Below are positions 12,584 to 25,453 of a stretch of 64,000 nucleotides of DNA, piece by piece. Position numbers and translations under genes: made by a program. Each line of letters begins with the position of its first letter. Within the stretch, counting starts at the first letter, position 1. The stretch spans positions 24,082,393 through 24,146,392 of the forward strand of contig NC_068995.1 of the NCBI RefSeq assembly GCF_001194135.2. The letters run 5' to 3'. The notes under the pieces were generated by a model. That model made no database searches. It had not been told where the DNA came from and was given only the letters and a program-made list of their open reading frames with translations. The DNA comes from Octopus bimaculoides. Lineage: Eukaryota.

Positions 12584-13707
12584 AAACAAGAAATCAATCT
12601 ACCTAACAAATACGAAGAAGAAGAAGAAGAAGAAGAAGAAGAAGAAGAAGAAGAAGAAGAAGAAGAAGAAGAAGAAGAAGAAGAAGAAGAAGAAGAAGAA
12701 GAAGAAGAAGAAGAAGAAGAAGAAGAAGAAGAAGAAGAAGAAGAAGAAGAAGAAGAAGAAGAAGAAGAAGAAGAAGAAGAAGAAGAAGAAAAGCTATAAA
12801 ACAAATGAAATCCAAACTAAAACTAGAACAGCAACGGACCATGATAAAACGATGGCAAGAAAAGCCCCTACATGGTAAATACTGGGCTAAACTAAATGCG
12901 AAAGAAATAGACAGAGAAAAATCCCAGCAATGGCTGAGAAGCTCAGGACTCAAAGCAGAGACTGAAGGATTTTTAATTGCTGCACAAGACCAGAGCCTCC
13001 CCACCAGAAATTACCAAAAACACATAATGAAAAGAAATATAACAAGTAACTGTAGAATATGTGGAGATCGACAAGAAACAATAAATCATATTATCTCTGG
13101 CTGCCCAGTCCTGGCTAAGAAGGAATATATTCACAGACACGACAGAGTTGGGACATACATACACTGGAAGAAACAGAAACAAGATGCTATAGGCAAACGC
13201 CAGAAAAGGTGACAGAAAATGAGAAAGCAACCATACTTTGGGATGCGCCAATACACACAGATAGAGAAATTAAGTCCAATAGGTTGGATATAGTTGTCAG
13301 AGATTACCAAGAAAAAAAATGCTTTCCAATTGAGGTATCAATACCAACAGATGGCAAAAGTGTCTCCAAAAGAAACGGAGAAACTTTCAAAATACAAAGA
13401 TCTAGAAATAGAGGTAGCTCGAATGTGGAGTATAAAAACAGAAGCAATTCCTATCATAGTAGATGCATTAGGTATGATAAAAAAACATTCAAACGAATGC
13501 ATAACAGAAACACTAAGACTTACAAGTGCATATAGCATACAGAAAATAGCACTACTAGGCATGGCACATATCCTGCGTAAAACATTTTCAATACAGTAAC
13601 TATAAGAGCATCACAACAAACTACAGCACATACCTAAGCACATGCCCAAACTACAGCACATACTGCGCTCGGTAGTACAGTGAAGTCACGTGATAAAGAT
13701 AAAACAA

Positions 13708-13770
<63 letters not shown>
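12584..13770 (+). mobile_element. Second R4/Dong-like LINE 3' end (different subfamily) with (AAT)20 tail
   Basis: KPLHGKY; GFLIAAQDQSLPTRNY; CRICGDRQETINHIISGC...RHD; NRLDIVV...IEVSIP...EKLSKYKDL; IALLGMAHILRK. 3' UTR 13600-13710. Confidence 0.92.
12614..12790 (+). repeat. (GAA)~59 pure trinucleotide microsatellite
   Basis: Directly visible. It explains the poly-E/poly-S/poly-L ORFs. Confidence 0.98.
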
Positions 13771-13772
<2 letters not shown>

Positions 13773-13791
13773 TGATGATGATGATGATGAT

Positions 13792-13845
13792 GGTTTAAAA
13801 TTTTCGGCCTGCAGTTTGGCGGGAGGAGTAAGTCAACAAACATAT
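13792..13845 (-). mobile_element. SINE family B 3' end fragment
   Basis: ggtttaaaattttcggcc...gggaggagtaagtc resembles ttcaaattttggcacaaggccagcaatttgagggagagttaagt at 5561-5604. Confidence 0.55.
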
Positions 13846-13849
13846 ACGA

Positions 13850-14180
13850 ATGTCAGGAGAAGGAAAATAAAGTGTTGAGCGAGCGGCTGTCAAGCGAAGC
13901 AAGAAAAATCATGCTTAGCCGAGCACTGGTCACGTGGGAGGAACACAGAGAGGTAGGGAACAGAGAAATTGAAAAATTAGGGAAGGAACTAGAGAGAGAG
14001 GGGGAGACAGAGGGAAAGGTACAAGGGAGGTAACAAAGGTAAGTAGAGAGATTAAAGAAAGAATGCCAAGAAATGTGAGAGAGGGGAGCGAGAAAAAGAA
14101 AAATGGAAAGAAAGTGAGAGAGGGGGAGCGAGAAAAAGAAAAGAGAAAAGAAAGAAGAAAGTCATACAGAATTTAGATAT
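13850..14180. repeat. Purine-rich dispersed repeat, second copy at ~63050-63330
   Basis: Shared blocks gccaagaa(a/g)tgtgagagagg(g/t)gagcgaga and aaagtc(a/g)tacagaatttagat. Class uncertain, possibly PLE-related. Confidence 0.7.
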
Positions 14181-14211
14181 ATACTTACTTACAAGCTGAG
14201 CAGAAGGTGTA

Positions 14212-14750
14212 CCCACTGGTAAAATTATTAATGATCTTTTACCCTTTATTATAATTAATATTTGAAAAATTTACTCCTTGATCAAAACTGCATTAACTGC
14301 AGAGAATGTCTTCAAATAGTATACGTGGTTGTAAATGAAAGATGTGAATTATACTTACTGCATATTTCTACGAGTGTGGACAGATAATGGTTGTGACGTC
14401 GCTGCTCACATGCGTATTTGTGGATACTCGTAAATGTATGCTATGGAATAGGAGTAGATAATATTTTTTTTACTTTAAGCTTGAAACAGAATCTTGTACA
14501 CGGTTAACCAAAAGTTTAGGTCGTTATCTTTCTTTTGCTTGCCTACAACCCAGTGTGTTATTCTCGGAGATTTTAAGGTGGTAATAGTTTCTTTTGGCTT
14601 CTATATTTCAGCATGTGGAAAGGCTTATACCCAATCTCTTGTTATAATCATGTATATAATTAAAAATTACTTGTAAAATTTACCTATAAGGTTTCTATTT
14701 CCGCGCTGACCCCTGGTAAAATCATTAATGATTTTTACCCTTTATTATAA
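14212..14750 (+). mobile_element. Terminally redundant ~500-bp ORF-less repeat (HHR family; core deleted in this copy)
   Basis: Direct repeat ctggtaaaat(t/c)attaatgat(c/t)ttttaccctttattataa at 14216 and 14713. The body is homologous to 44389-45125. Confidence 0.8.
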
Positions 14751-15084
14751 TATGTGTGTGTGTGTATTATTTTCATTCTAATTCTTGTTTTCGTGTGGCC
14801 CTAAGCCTTTATTCTGTTTATTGTTTTGTCCTTCGTCCGTTTACTGACGGTCCCGTCTCGAGCCCATCTCATCTAGTTATGTTTTGGTTCTGTTCCAAGC
14901 AATTTTCTTGACGGTGCCTCCAGAATGGAAGCAATATTATCGATAATGACCGAAATTGCGCATTGACCCTCTGGCCGATAACTGAAGAGGGGTTGGTGAC
15001 CTTCTGTGTTTTCTGCTCGTCTGTGTATTAGGTATATATTCGTATGCTTATTTACTACACTTTTTTAAAATTTATATGTATGTA

Positions 15085-15198
<114 letters not shown>

Positions 15199-15200
15199 CA

Positions 15201-15515
15201 CGCGTGGCTTAGTGATTAGATTACTCGGTTCGCGATCGTAGACCTGGGGGTTCGGTGGGGCATTGTGTCTCTTGGGCAGTAACTTTATTTCACATTGCTC
15301 CAGTTCACTAAACTAACAAAAATGAGCTGTTCCTGTAATTCAACGGGGCCAGCTTTGTCGTATCCTGTGTCACGTTGGATGGATTTCTTTGAGAACTCCG
15401 TTAGGTGAATGCGTGTCTGTTGAGAGCTCAGCCACTTGCACGTTAGTCTTACGACTAGGCTGTTCCATTCATCGGATCAACTGGAACCGTCATCGTTGCA
15501 ACCGACGGAGTACGA
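15201..15515 (+). mobile_element. SINE family C (tRNA-like head cgcgtggcttagtg..., tail ...ggaaccgtcatcgttgcaaccgacggag)
   Basis: A/B-box-like head. A related head occurs on the minus strand at ~56130-56200. Confidence 0.7.
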
Positions 15516-15536
15516 GAATACGCACGCACACACACA

Positions 15537-15574
<38 letters not shown>

Positions 15575-16573
15575 TACACACACACATACATACACACATT
15601 CACACACACAGAGACACACGCGCACACACACACAATCGCGCACATGCAACATCATCTTTATACTCACGTACTTATAACATGAAAATTTACTTTTCAGAAA
15701 ATTTAGTCTTGGTGAAATATTAACCTATCAGAATCTATGCTATTCAATTTGTGTGCCATTCTGTTTCAGATTGGTCTTGTCAGCACACAGATATTGCTAA
15801 GACTAAGAGATTAGTAACGGAACACCTAATATAATCACAATTAGTAAACACGTGATATACACCCAAACTTTTATTAGACTAAATTCTACCATTATGCCAG
15901 CAGTTGAGTTAGTTGGAATTGTCATAAATTTTCCAATATAATTAATGATTCAGCTATTTTGGTTCGAATGTAAAAGCTTGGCAAACACAACAAGGCGCTT
16001 CTTATGAATTAATAATGAACTTTCCTTTAATCGTCAACATTGTGAAGGGTAAATACCGTACTGATATTATTAAGAGGAGATGCAATTCTTTTAGAACAGC
16101 AAAAATAACTGGGTGACGTTGCAGGCAGCATCATTGATATAGTTTAACAATTGCAATAACATCAACAACAATACTTACAACAGAAACTAACAGTAACCTA
16201 CTTTCATCGGAGTGCTCAGCTAAATATACATTATGTAGTGTTTTTTAATGCATTCAGATACTTTTATGGCTTTTTATGTGAAATTATTTTTTCAACTTAC
16301 TTGCAATAACCTCTTTATAATTGAATTAATATAATCGAGCTTCGCTGCAAGCACATAAATTCGTGGCGTGTTTACATACACACACGCACACGTACACACG
16401 TACACACGCACTCACGCACGTACACATACACACATGGCCACACACACACTACGCACATGCATGAGCAATATAAATATATCTATACACAATATGTGCAATG
16501 TAAGCATATCTATACACAATATGTACATATACATACAGATATGTATATATACGTGTGTGTGTGTGTGATTGCA

Positions 16574-16650
<77 letters not shown>

Positions 16651-17793
16651 ATAGACACAAACGTGCTCAAACATACTTACAAATATAGCAAACTTTACAA
16701 TAAGGTAAATCCAAAGATTTTAGTTGACACTGCATTTTAAAATTAATTAAATTTATTAGATACATAAGCAATCTCTTTGAGTATGATGGATTGTTATATT
16801 TCTATGTATGAGGAAATATATTTGTCTAAACCACCTTACTAAATGGTTGACTTTTAACTTTGAGTCAATGTAATGACGTTAGAGTCTTGCTTCCTACTCA
16901 ATCTGTATCGAGAAAAATGTATAAGATACAAGACCATCATAATGAAATAAGTCAGGGAACTAAACCACATAATGTTAAGCCTTATAATCCGTCAATCTGC
17001 TGTCACTGGATTTCCAAATCATTGAACTGCTCGTTCATCTGACATAATTCAAACAGCAACGTGAGCCGAAGCGTAAAATTTGTGGAAATTTGAACTGATC
17101 CTTGTAATTCCTAAAATAAACCTACAGCTTTGTCCTTCTGAGACGTCATATAAATGGTAAATATATTGCTTCGGAGATATAAATTACACATGTACTTTGT
17201 ATAAAAATTGTTAAATATTTCAGAAATATTCCAGAAATATTTTTGAAATATCTGCTCAATAATATTTTTTTCATTTAACTAAATGAAAATATATTGGGAA
17301 GTGTCAAATTATTTTACCTCAAGGAGCTGACATGTGTTGTTTGCACTAGGGTGACACATTCTTTGAATTACACTCGAATGGAAATACTATGTATACTGAT
17401 GTCACCAATTATCTAGACTTGTTCTTGTCATGGAAAGTTCTCATTAGTAACTTAGGAAGTAATCTGACTTAAGTGCAAGCTTGTTATTGCTTATAATAAA
17501 TTACATTGACAGGACTTGATGTTATGAAACGCAATTAAGTGTATAAACATCGTCCGTAGACTTCAAGTTGAAAGACCTCATCAAATTCACCCACTTGCTA
17601 ATTATAACCAATCTACTTTACACGATGTTATATTAATATTATGTGTCTACAGGCAAGGTGGAATGACATCACGTAATACAGCGATTTTATGTAATTGTTG
17701 AAATCGATGTTTATGCAATACACATTATGTGTACATATCAAGGATACCGATGTACCTACAGTAAGACATGTATCTCTCAGTCTGCATGTCAAC

Positions 17794-17853
<60 letters not shown>

Positions 17854-17984
17854 TTGTCTCTCTATCTGTATGTCTACCTGTCTATTTATCTTTATGGCTA
17901 TGTATCTCTCTATTTGTTTCTGTCGATCTGTCTATGCACATAGATTTCATTTTGTAGCTTCGCTCAGGTTAACAGACAAAAGGC

Positions 17985-18081
<97 letters not shown>

Positions 18082-18339
18082 TGGATTGATCTACATGGAT
18101 TAACATCCACTGCATATTTTACGTATGATATGGACCTAACAGTAAATTATATTTTTTTAAGATTTAAGTTAATAGACTCTAGTCATGCTGGGGCACCGAC
18201 CCCAGTATTTTGTTTAGTACTTTTATTATGAAGTCAATAAGCAAACGGTTTAAAGGATCTAATTTATACAGATAGGTATACGACAATATATATTTATCAG
18301 CTTAACATGGTCGCAAACTATAACTATACCGCAGTTTTT

Positions 18340-18765
18340 ATTTGTTTGGTGGCTGTAGCGAAAGAGGTAGGTAGTATGGTGGACTCACCTGAAAGGGCTA
18401 AAGTCAGACACTTTCCCCTTTGGCTAAGCCCTCATCAACTTTTTCAAGTCTCACTTGAAAAGGAAGTTGAAGATAGAGTGGGACGTTTTACTTTCTAGCA
18501 AGTTTGTTGAAAGGTGGGTGAATGCAGAAAGAATGGCCAGTGTGAAAGGACCAATTCTGAGCATACACCTGTGAAAAGGAATTAAAGGAGAAGGGCTCTT
18601 TCCCTGTTGATTAGGCACCCGGGTCTTTTGTGTTTTTTCCATTGTTTTCAAATGTTTACTCGCTGAAAAGCCTTTGTCTCGTCTTGTGTTGTCTTTTATG
18701 TTTGTGTCATGTCATTCAATGTTGTTTTATGTGAGCCCTTGTGGCTAATAAAAGAATTTATTATT
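18340..18765 (+). mobile_element. Tx1/L1-like LINE 3' end (ORF2 C-terminus, 3' UTR, (TTA)n tail)
   Basis: FICLVAVAKEV / WWTHLKGLKSDTFPFG*ALINFFKSHLKRKLKIEWDVLLSSKFVERWVNAERM. Clade assignment is from memory of Tx1-type C-termini. Confidence 0.6.
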
Positions 18766-18769
18766 ATTA

Positions 18770-18773
18770 CTAT

Positions 18774-18831
<58 letters not shown>

Positions 18832-19200
18832 TTAACTGTCGTTTTGTTGGGACTCCTTGGATGTTGCATGAGCAGTGGTCTCGCTTTCTGCGGTCGACGT
18901 ACCATGCTATCTTTTCTCTTCAGTGGTGAGTTTGGACATGCCAAAGACGCAAACATTTTGCAGCAGCTCAACGGGGCACTCTATTCCCATTTCCTCTATA
19001 TTTTTCTTAATACCTTCTGATTACTGTCGCCAAGAGCTCAACGATAATTGCCACTAGCTTCACCTTTTATCACTTTCCACAGTCGAGCTCTCTTGTATTT
19101 TAAAGCATTGTATGTCTATTTTCCACCTTCATTCTAAACTCTTTTGGCGTAAAAAGGACTAAAACAGGATAATCATTTCTGATTTATCAGTAATCCTTTA
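18770..19200 (-). mobile_element. R4/Dong-like LINE 3' end, same family as 11760-12583
   Basis: Minus strand GIKKNIEEMGIECPVELLQNVCVFG. The 3' UTR gcatggtacg...catgcaacatccaaggagtcccaacaaaac is homologous to 12487-12556. (ACT)n tail. Confidence 0.75.
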
Positions 19201-19268
19201 TCAATGTTCAGGCACAATCATACACACACATACACAGACACACAGACACAGACACACACACACACACA

Positions 19269-19316
<48 letters not shown>

Positions 19317-19444
19317 TGCCAGAAAACACGACCTCATCGTTGAAAAATGAACTTCTTAACTACACACAGTCTTTTGTTCTTTTATATGTTTCAGCCTTGA
19401 GGCTGCTTCCATGTTGGGGCACCACCAACACATGCACTTATATA

Positions 19445-20276
19445 CAGGGTGCAATGGATAATTATCACCATTTTGTATTTTTTATTCCGCGTGTAGGCAT
19501 TGTTTGTTTTTTATTTTGTCGACTACAGAGTATGGTAGGGTCAGTTGGACACTATCTGTGAGAAAAACGGCACCATGACACAATTCACTCTGCCAGAAAT
19601 TAGGAAACGACATCCTTAGTGCTTGGCGAATGCCAAACACTACGAAGAGCCGGAAACTCCAATACGAACATGCGCTGAGAGTGATAAAAATCAAACATCC
19701 AGTCAACATCATGGTGTTTGGAGTGATCACTAGTGATGGCGACGTTATGCCTCAGACTCAACACGAAGGCTTGCATTAAGTGCTTGGAGAAGACAGTGCT
19801 GCGCTGGGTCAAGAGTTTGACTGCTGGAAGATCCTATGTCTGGCAACAAGATTCTGCACAATGCCACACAAGCGAGAGAACCTAGTCATGACTGTCAAAC
19901 AATTTCTGTGACCACGATACACCTAACATCTGGCCACCTAACTCCCCAGATTATTATGTGTGCAACCCCTTTGATTATTATGTGTGGGGCGCAGTTAAAC
20001 GAGAGACCAACAAAACTCCTTGTAAAACCAATGATGAACTGAATGCAGAGATCAGGGCAGCATTCACCAACTTAAACAAGGAGACCGTCCAGAAGGGTTG
20101 CGGGAGATTCCGAAGTCGTCCAGAGGCCGTGGTTGAAGCTAATGGCGATTTTATTGAATAAATTTAATCTTTAGTATTTCAAGATCTTTATGTAATTTTG
20201 GTAAATACATGTTAAAATGAGAAGTGTTATTTTCATTTTTGCGTAATTTAGACGACAATTTATTCACCGCACTCTG
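19445..20276 (+). mobile_element. Tc1/mariner superfamily DD37D (maT-type) transposon relic, internally deleted
   Basis: KHPVNIMVFGVI; WQQDSA...IWPPNSPD[YYV]CNPFDYYVWG with 37 aa between the 2nd and 3rd D once a 9-bp duplication is removed. Degenerate TIRs cagggtgcaatggataa / ttattcaccgcactctg. Confidence 0.88.
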
Positions 20277-20415
<139 letters not shown>

Positions 20416-20713
20416 CTGGAAAGAAACACACGTAGAGGGATGTATATATACGTGCGTCAAGATGTGTAAATGGTGTTAAATGTTCATACCGAGTGACAGT
20501 ACACCAAATTATCTACTTATGTATAAATACATAACACGTATAATATGCTTTTAGTTATATTTGGATGGGTAGAAGGAATGAATAGTGAATAATTACACAC
20601 ATATTCATTTATCCGTTTATGTATGTGTGTTTGTCTCTGTGTGGGGGGGGGTATGTGTGTGCAGCATCTTGGGTGTATAGATAGATAGATAGATAGATAG
20701 ATACATACATACA

Positions 20714-20747
<34 letters not shown>

Positions 20748-20904
20748 CATACATATAGATATGCATACATATATATATGCATACATATATATATGCATAC
20801 ATATATATATATGTGTGTATGTATATACATATATATACATATATACTTATACATAGTTGCATATATATATCTGTATATATACACACATACCCCACTTATA
20901 TATA

Positions 20905-20936
<32 letters not shown>

Positions 20937-22374
20937 CGTATATGCATATATATACATATTTATATACATACATATATACATATATATATTTATTTATATA
21001 TACATATATATATATATATACACACATTAACATGCATATATATACACTCATACGCGTGCACACACATACACACACCCACATATATACACATATATCGCAT
21101 GATGCACACATGACGATTACGTTTAGTGGGTGGAGAGTAAAAGTGAATAACTGAAGTAATGTCTGCTTATTTTTGTGTGTGATTCTGCCTAACATGTATA
21201 TATGAATGCGTGTATTGATGTACGTGTGTATGGCATATAAAACTGTGCTTTTTAATTATGTTCATTATTCGACATTATTCAAATCAAACTTCCTGCAGAA
21301 ATAACAACAAAATGATATTAACTAACTGTTTATTATTGTTATTAATGAAACACTCGTAGATAATTTATTTTCTTTTTTGTCTTGTATTTGGTTTTGTATT
21401 TTATTTCTTTACGCATTGTCAATTTTTTTTTGTTCTTGTTCGTGTTTAAATATACAATGTAAACATCAAGCAACAGTGAACTTCCTTGCTAATAAAGTGG
21501 CAAAAAGAATTATCAAAATTTACTTGATTCTAGAATAATCATCATGAATCACTCCTTTTCGTTGTTGGTTGATTGCTAAATGAATCGATGATTGACGCTG
21601 CTCCGAATGTCTACAATGGTGTCTGTGAACTATACATATTCCAATAAACACACACTAATAAGCATATGCATATATACGTGTGTGTGTGTGCGTGCGTGCA
21701 TGTGTGTGTAAGTGCTTGTGTATAAATATATTTGTGTGTATCTGAATGATCTATTTGCCAAGTAGAATTTGAAGCGTCCGCCTCATAGAACATGCACTAC
21801 TTTCTGTCAGTTTTTCCTTGATAACGTACTTGTAGATCGACTGCTATGATGGACTTTGTATTTCTCAGATCTCAGATGCAGATTAGAAGACAGGTTCTAT
21901 ATTTGAAAATGTATTTGAATGAAATGTCATTAACTCACTGGTTAAGCATTTACATATCGATGAAATTGTTACGGGCTGAAATCAGGACTGAAATCAATGA
22001 TAGGTCAATATTTTGAACTTGGCACATCAAGACGACCATAGTCCTAAGTTACACATCATTAAAACATAGAAGCATATGAGAAATAGGGCAACACAAACAT
22101 ACTTCCTTCAGAGTGTCACATATTATTCACATAACATACTTTTTGCCGGGATCCATGTATCATATATATATAACAAACATTAGAAATTCATCTCAACCGC
22201 TAGAGTAACTTCGCACTTATGAAAGGAAAGCGTTATATTATTAAGAACATATGAAACTAGGGTTTACTAAAGGTCTGAAAACAAGCATGGACGTTTAAAA
22301 CAAATAGATGAAAATACTTTGGTCAGGCAAAGGGTTGACTGTTTATTTTGAATAATATGGAAATCTGAAATTGC

Positions 22375-22640
22375 TACAAGACACCTTGGGCAAGTGTCTT
22401 CTACTATAGCCTGTGTCTTTGTATCTGTGTTTGTCTCCCAGTACCACTTGACAACCGGTGTTAGTGCGTTTGCGTCCCCATAAATTAGCGGTTCGTTATA
22501 AAAAAAAAACGATTGAGTAAATACCAGGCTTAACAAGAAATATGTACTGGAGTCAATTCATTCGACTTAAAATTCTTCAAGGTGGTGCTCCAGCATGGCC
22601 GCAGTGTAATGACTGAAACAAGCAAGAGATAGCAGATATA
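22375..22640 (+). mobile_element. SINE family A, internally deleted
   Basis: caccttgggcaagtgtcttctactatagcc joined directly to the 3' half. Confidence 0.9.
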
Positions 22641-23584
22641 AGACACGGGTAAATGAGATTGTATTTGAACTAAACAATTTATCACTAGATCTTTTGTTAT
22701 TAACAGCTGAAAACAATTTGACCCATGTTGGCGTTTCTGCTGACATTTAATCTAAGATTCTTTTGTTTCTAACATTCAATTATCTAATAGTATATTAATA
22801 TATATTTCCCAAAGATAATCATTTGCACAGAATTGTTAATTGGTATACGATGTACAGAGAGGCATTTTTAGGGGTGTATATAGATATACAATACTTATAT
22901 TCGTATGTAACTATTATGTAGCTTATAAGTTCGTAACACATGACTTTGATCAACGATCAACCTGCTTCAATACAAAGTGTAAATATATTAAATAACATAT
23001 CAACAGTTCTTCTTCTCAATATACAACATAATCTCCACAAATATTGATTACTATCTGGACCTATGCTGGAATATTTCTGCTGCAATAAAATAGGAAATAA
23101 ATAATCTGTTCTATAGGTTCGATAATTAATTTTAAAGTTCTAACAGATGACAGTGATCTTTTCTATATTGAATGATTGCAACTGTCTCACGATTGAACTA
23201 TACATTCTTGGATCAAACGAAGATACAGAGATGAATTTTCCAGTATATTATATGATTAGAAGGTGTTGTTTGTGCTAATGCGGGTAGCAATATGTCTACT
23301 GTATGTATGTGTATGTGTACATATATCATTTTAATTACTATGCGCGAGTGTATCTATATACGTTCATTTTTCTCTATGCATATTAGATTGCTTCAATGAG
23401 TGAGAGAGATAAAGAGAGATTCATATATATGCGCAATTATGCTGTTATATATATATGAGAGATTTTGGTATTCAGAAGACCCAAAAGGCAGGTAAGTGCT
23501 ACTGAAGGACCGCTGTTAGACTCCCGGTTCAATAATAGTATAAGTGAGGAGTCTGATGCGGGTTGTGTGCGAGCGTGTAAATGT

Positions 23585-24570
23585 TAAGTAAAATGAGATA
23601 ACAAGGTCAAGGCAGTGTGATGTTTCTAAGAAATTTATAAAGAGAAAGTCTTACAGCTGTTCCATGGAGGTAGAAGATGTCCTATCATCAGAGATGATAT
23701 GAGAGAGTTTCAATAGGAAATAGTAGGGTTCATTATATAAGAAGTTATTTTGGAAAGGGAAAGATACAGGAAATATAAAGAGAAGAATGAGAATGAAAAT
23801 ACATGTTGGATGTTAGAGTTGCTGTTCCCTTATCCTAGGAATGTGCTGTGCAGAATAGGTAAAGAGGCTTCTTGTTCATGGTATGTAAATTCCGATAGTT
23901 GACATTTTGCTATTTCAAATGGATAGTGTGAAGATATTAATACCATGTGCTGTTCGTTCAAATGGATCTTGTAGTGGAAATGAGATTTTGAGAATATACT
24001 GGTAAGGGGGAAGTAGTTAGAAAGAAGAGAATAGATAAGTATGTTAGAATACAAATGGTATTGATCAAAAGGATTAGAAGAGGAAAGAGGAAAGAGAAAA
24101 GGAAAAAAAGGAGTGCTAGATGGTGGTCAAGATATTATGAGGGGTGAGGAGAAGAGAGTTGTCAGTAGATAAAAGGAATAGGGAGTGGGATAGAAAGAAG
24201 AGATAAGAATGTAAAGAGGGAATAAGTGTATGAAAAGTTGGAGGTGGGGTGATATGATTGAAAAGGCACTAAGGTGGAGAGATAGATAAAGAATGTGGTA
24301 CAGGAAGGGAAAGAATAATAAGATATATTAGTCAAGTTCTTTTGAAATAGACCTAGGCATTTATATCCAACATATATTTTTATTCTCATATTTTCCTTTA
24401 TACTTCTTTATTTCTTCTTTTTCAAAATAAGTTCTTAGATAATGAACCCTAATGTTCTCTGATGATGGGATATCTTTTATATCCCTGAAACAGGTGTAAA
24501 ACTACCTTTCTCTTTATAAATGTCCAAGAAACATCACACTACCTTGGCCTTGTTACCTCATTTCATTTAA
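23585..24570. mobile_element. PLE remnant with inverted terminal repeats (arms ~23585-23812 and ~24362-24570), each carrying a decayed HHR
   Basis: Arms align as reverse complements. HHR cores at 24459-24465 (+; helix II GGGATAT/ATATCCC; GAAA-CAGGTG-TA) and 23685-23691 (-). Confidence 0.75.
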
Positions 24571-24857
24571 TATATATANNNNNNNNNNNNNNNNNNNNNN
24601 NNNNNNNNNNNNNNNNNNNNNNNNNNNNNNNNNNNNNNNNNNNNNNNNNNNNNNNNNNNNNNNNNNNNNNNNNNNNNNNNNNNNNNNNNNNNNNNNNNNN
24701 NNNNNNNNNNNNNNNNNNNNNNNNNNNNNNNNNNNNNNNNNNNNNNNNNNNNNNNNNNNNNNNNNNNNNNNNNNNNNNNNNNNNNNNNNNNNNNNNNNNN
24801 NNNNNNNNNNNNNNNNNNNNNNNNNNNNNNNNNNNNNNNNNNNNNNNNNNNNNNNNN

Positions 24858-24894
<37 letters not shown>

Positions 24895-24895
24895 G

Positions 24896-24945
<50 letters not shown>

Positions 24946-25071
24946 TAGTACAAATTTACAGACAACAAAAGACGAAGACAGGTGTAGGAATAACAAGCAG
25001 GTGTATAAGTTTAACGCTCGGGAAAAATAGAAAAGCCGTTTACGTTTCGAGCCTACGCTCTTCGACAGATA

Positions 25072-25102
<31 letters not shown>

Positions 25103-25240
25103 GTGTATGCACACACAATGAGAGAGAGAAAGAGAGAGAGTGGGTGGTTCTTTTTTCAGTTTCTATCTACCGAATCTTCCCACAGCGCTTTAGTCGGCCC
25201 TACGATGTAGTAAAAGACTAAATATATATATTATATTACA

Positions 25241-25406
25241 GGCACAAGTCTGGCTATGTGGTAACGAGGTTGCTTCTCAATCATATCGTCATCGTCATAT
25301 CCACTGTATGGCAGCTTGAGCTAGTACCTTCTACTATAGCCTCGGGCCGACCAAACCCTTGTGAATGGATTTGATAGAAAGAAACTGAAAGAAACCCGTC
25401 GGGTGT

Positions 25407-25410
<4 letters not shown>
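25241..25410 (+). mobile_element. SINE family A, 5' half, running into (TA)n and an N-gap
   Basis: tggctatgtggtaa...ttctactatagcctcgggccgaccaaa...gaaactgaaagaaacccgtc. Confidence 0.85.

Positions 25411-25453
<43 letters not shown>

Noticed and set aside
12358-13004. Poly-S, poly-E and poly-L ORFs
   Set aside because: Translations of the (GAA)n repeat in different frames and strands.
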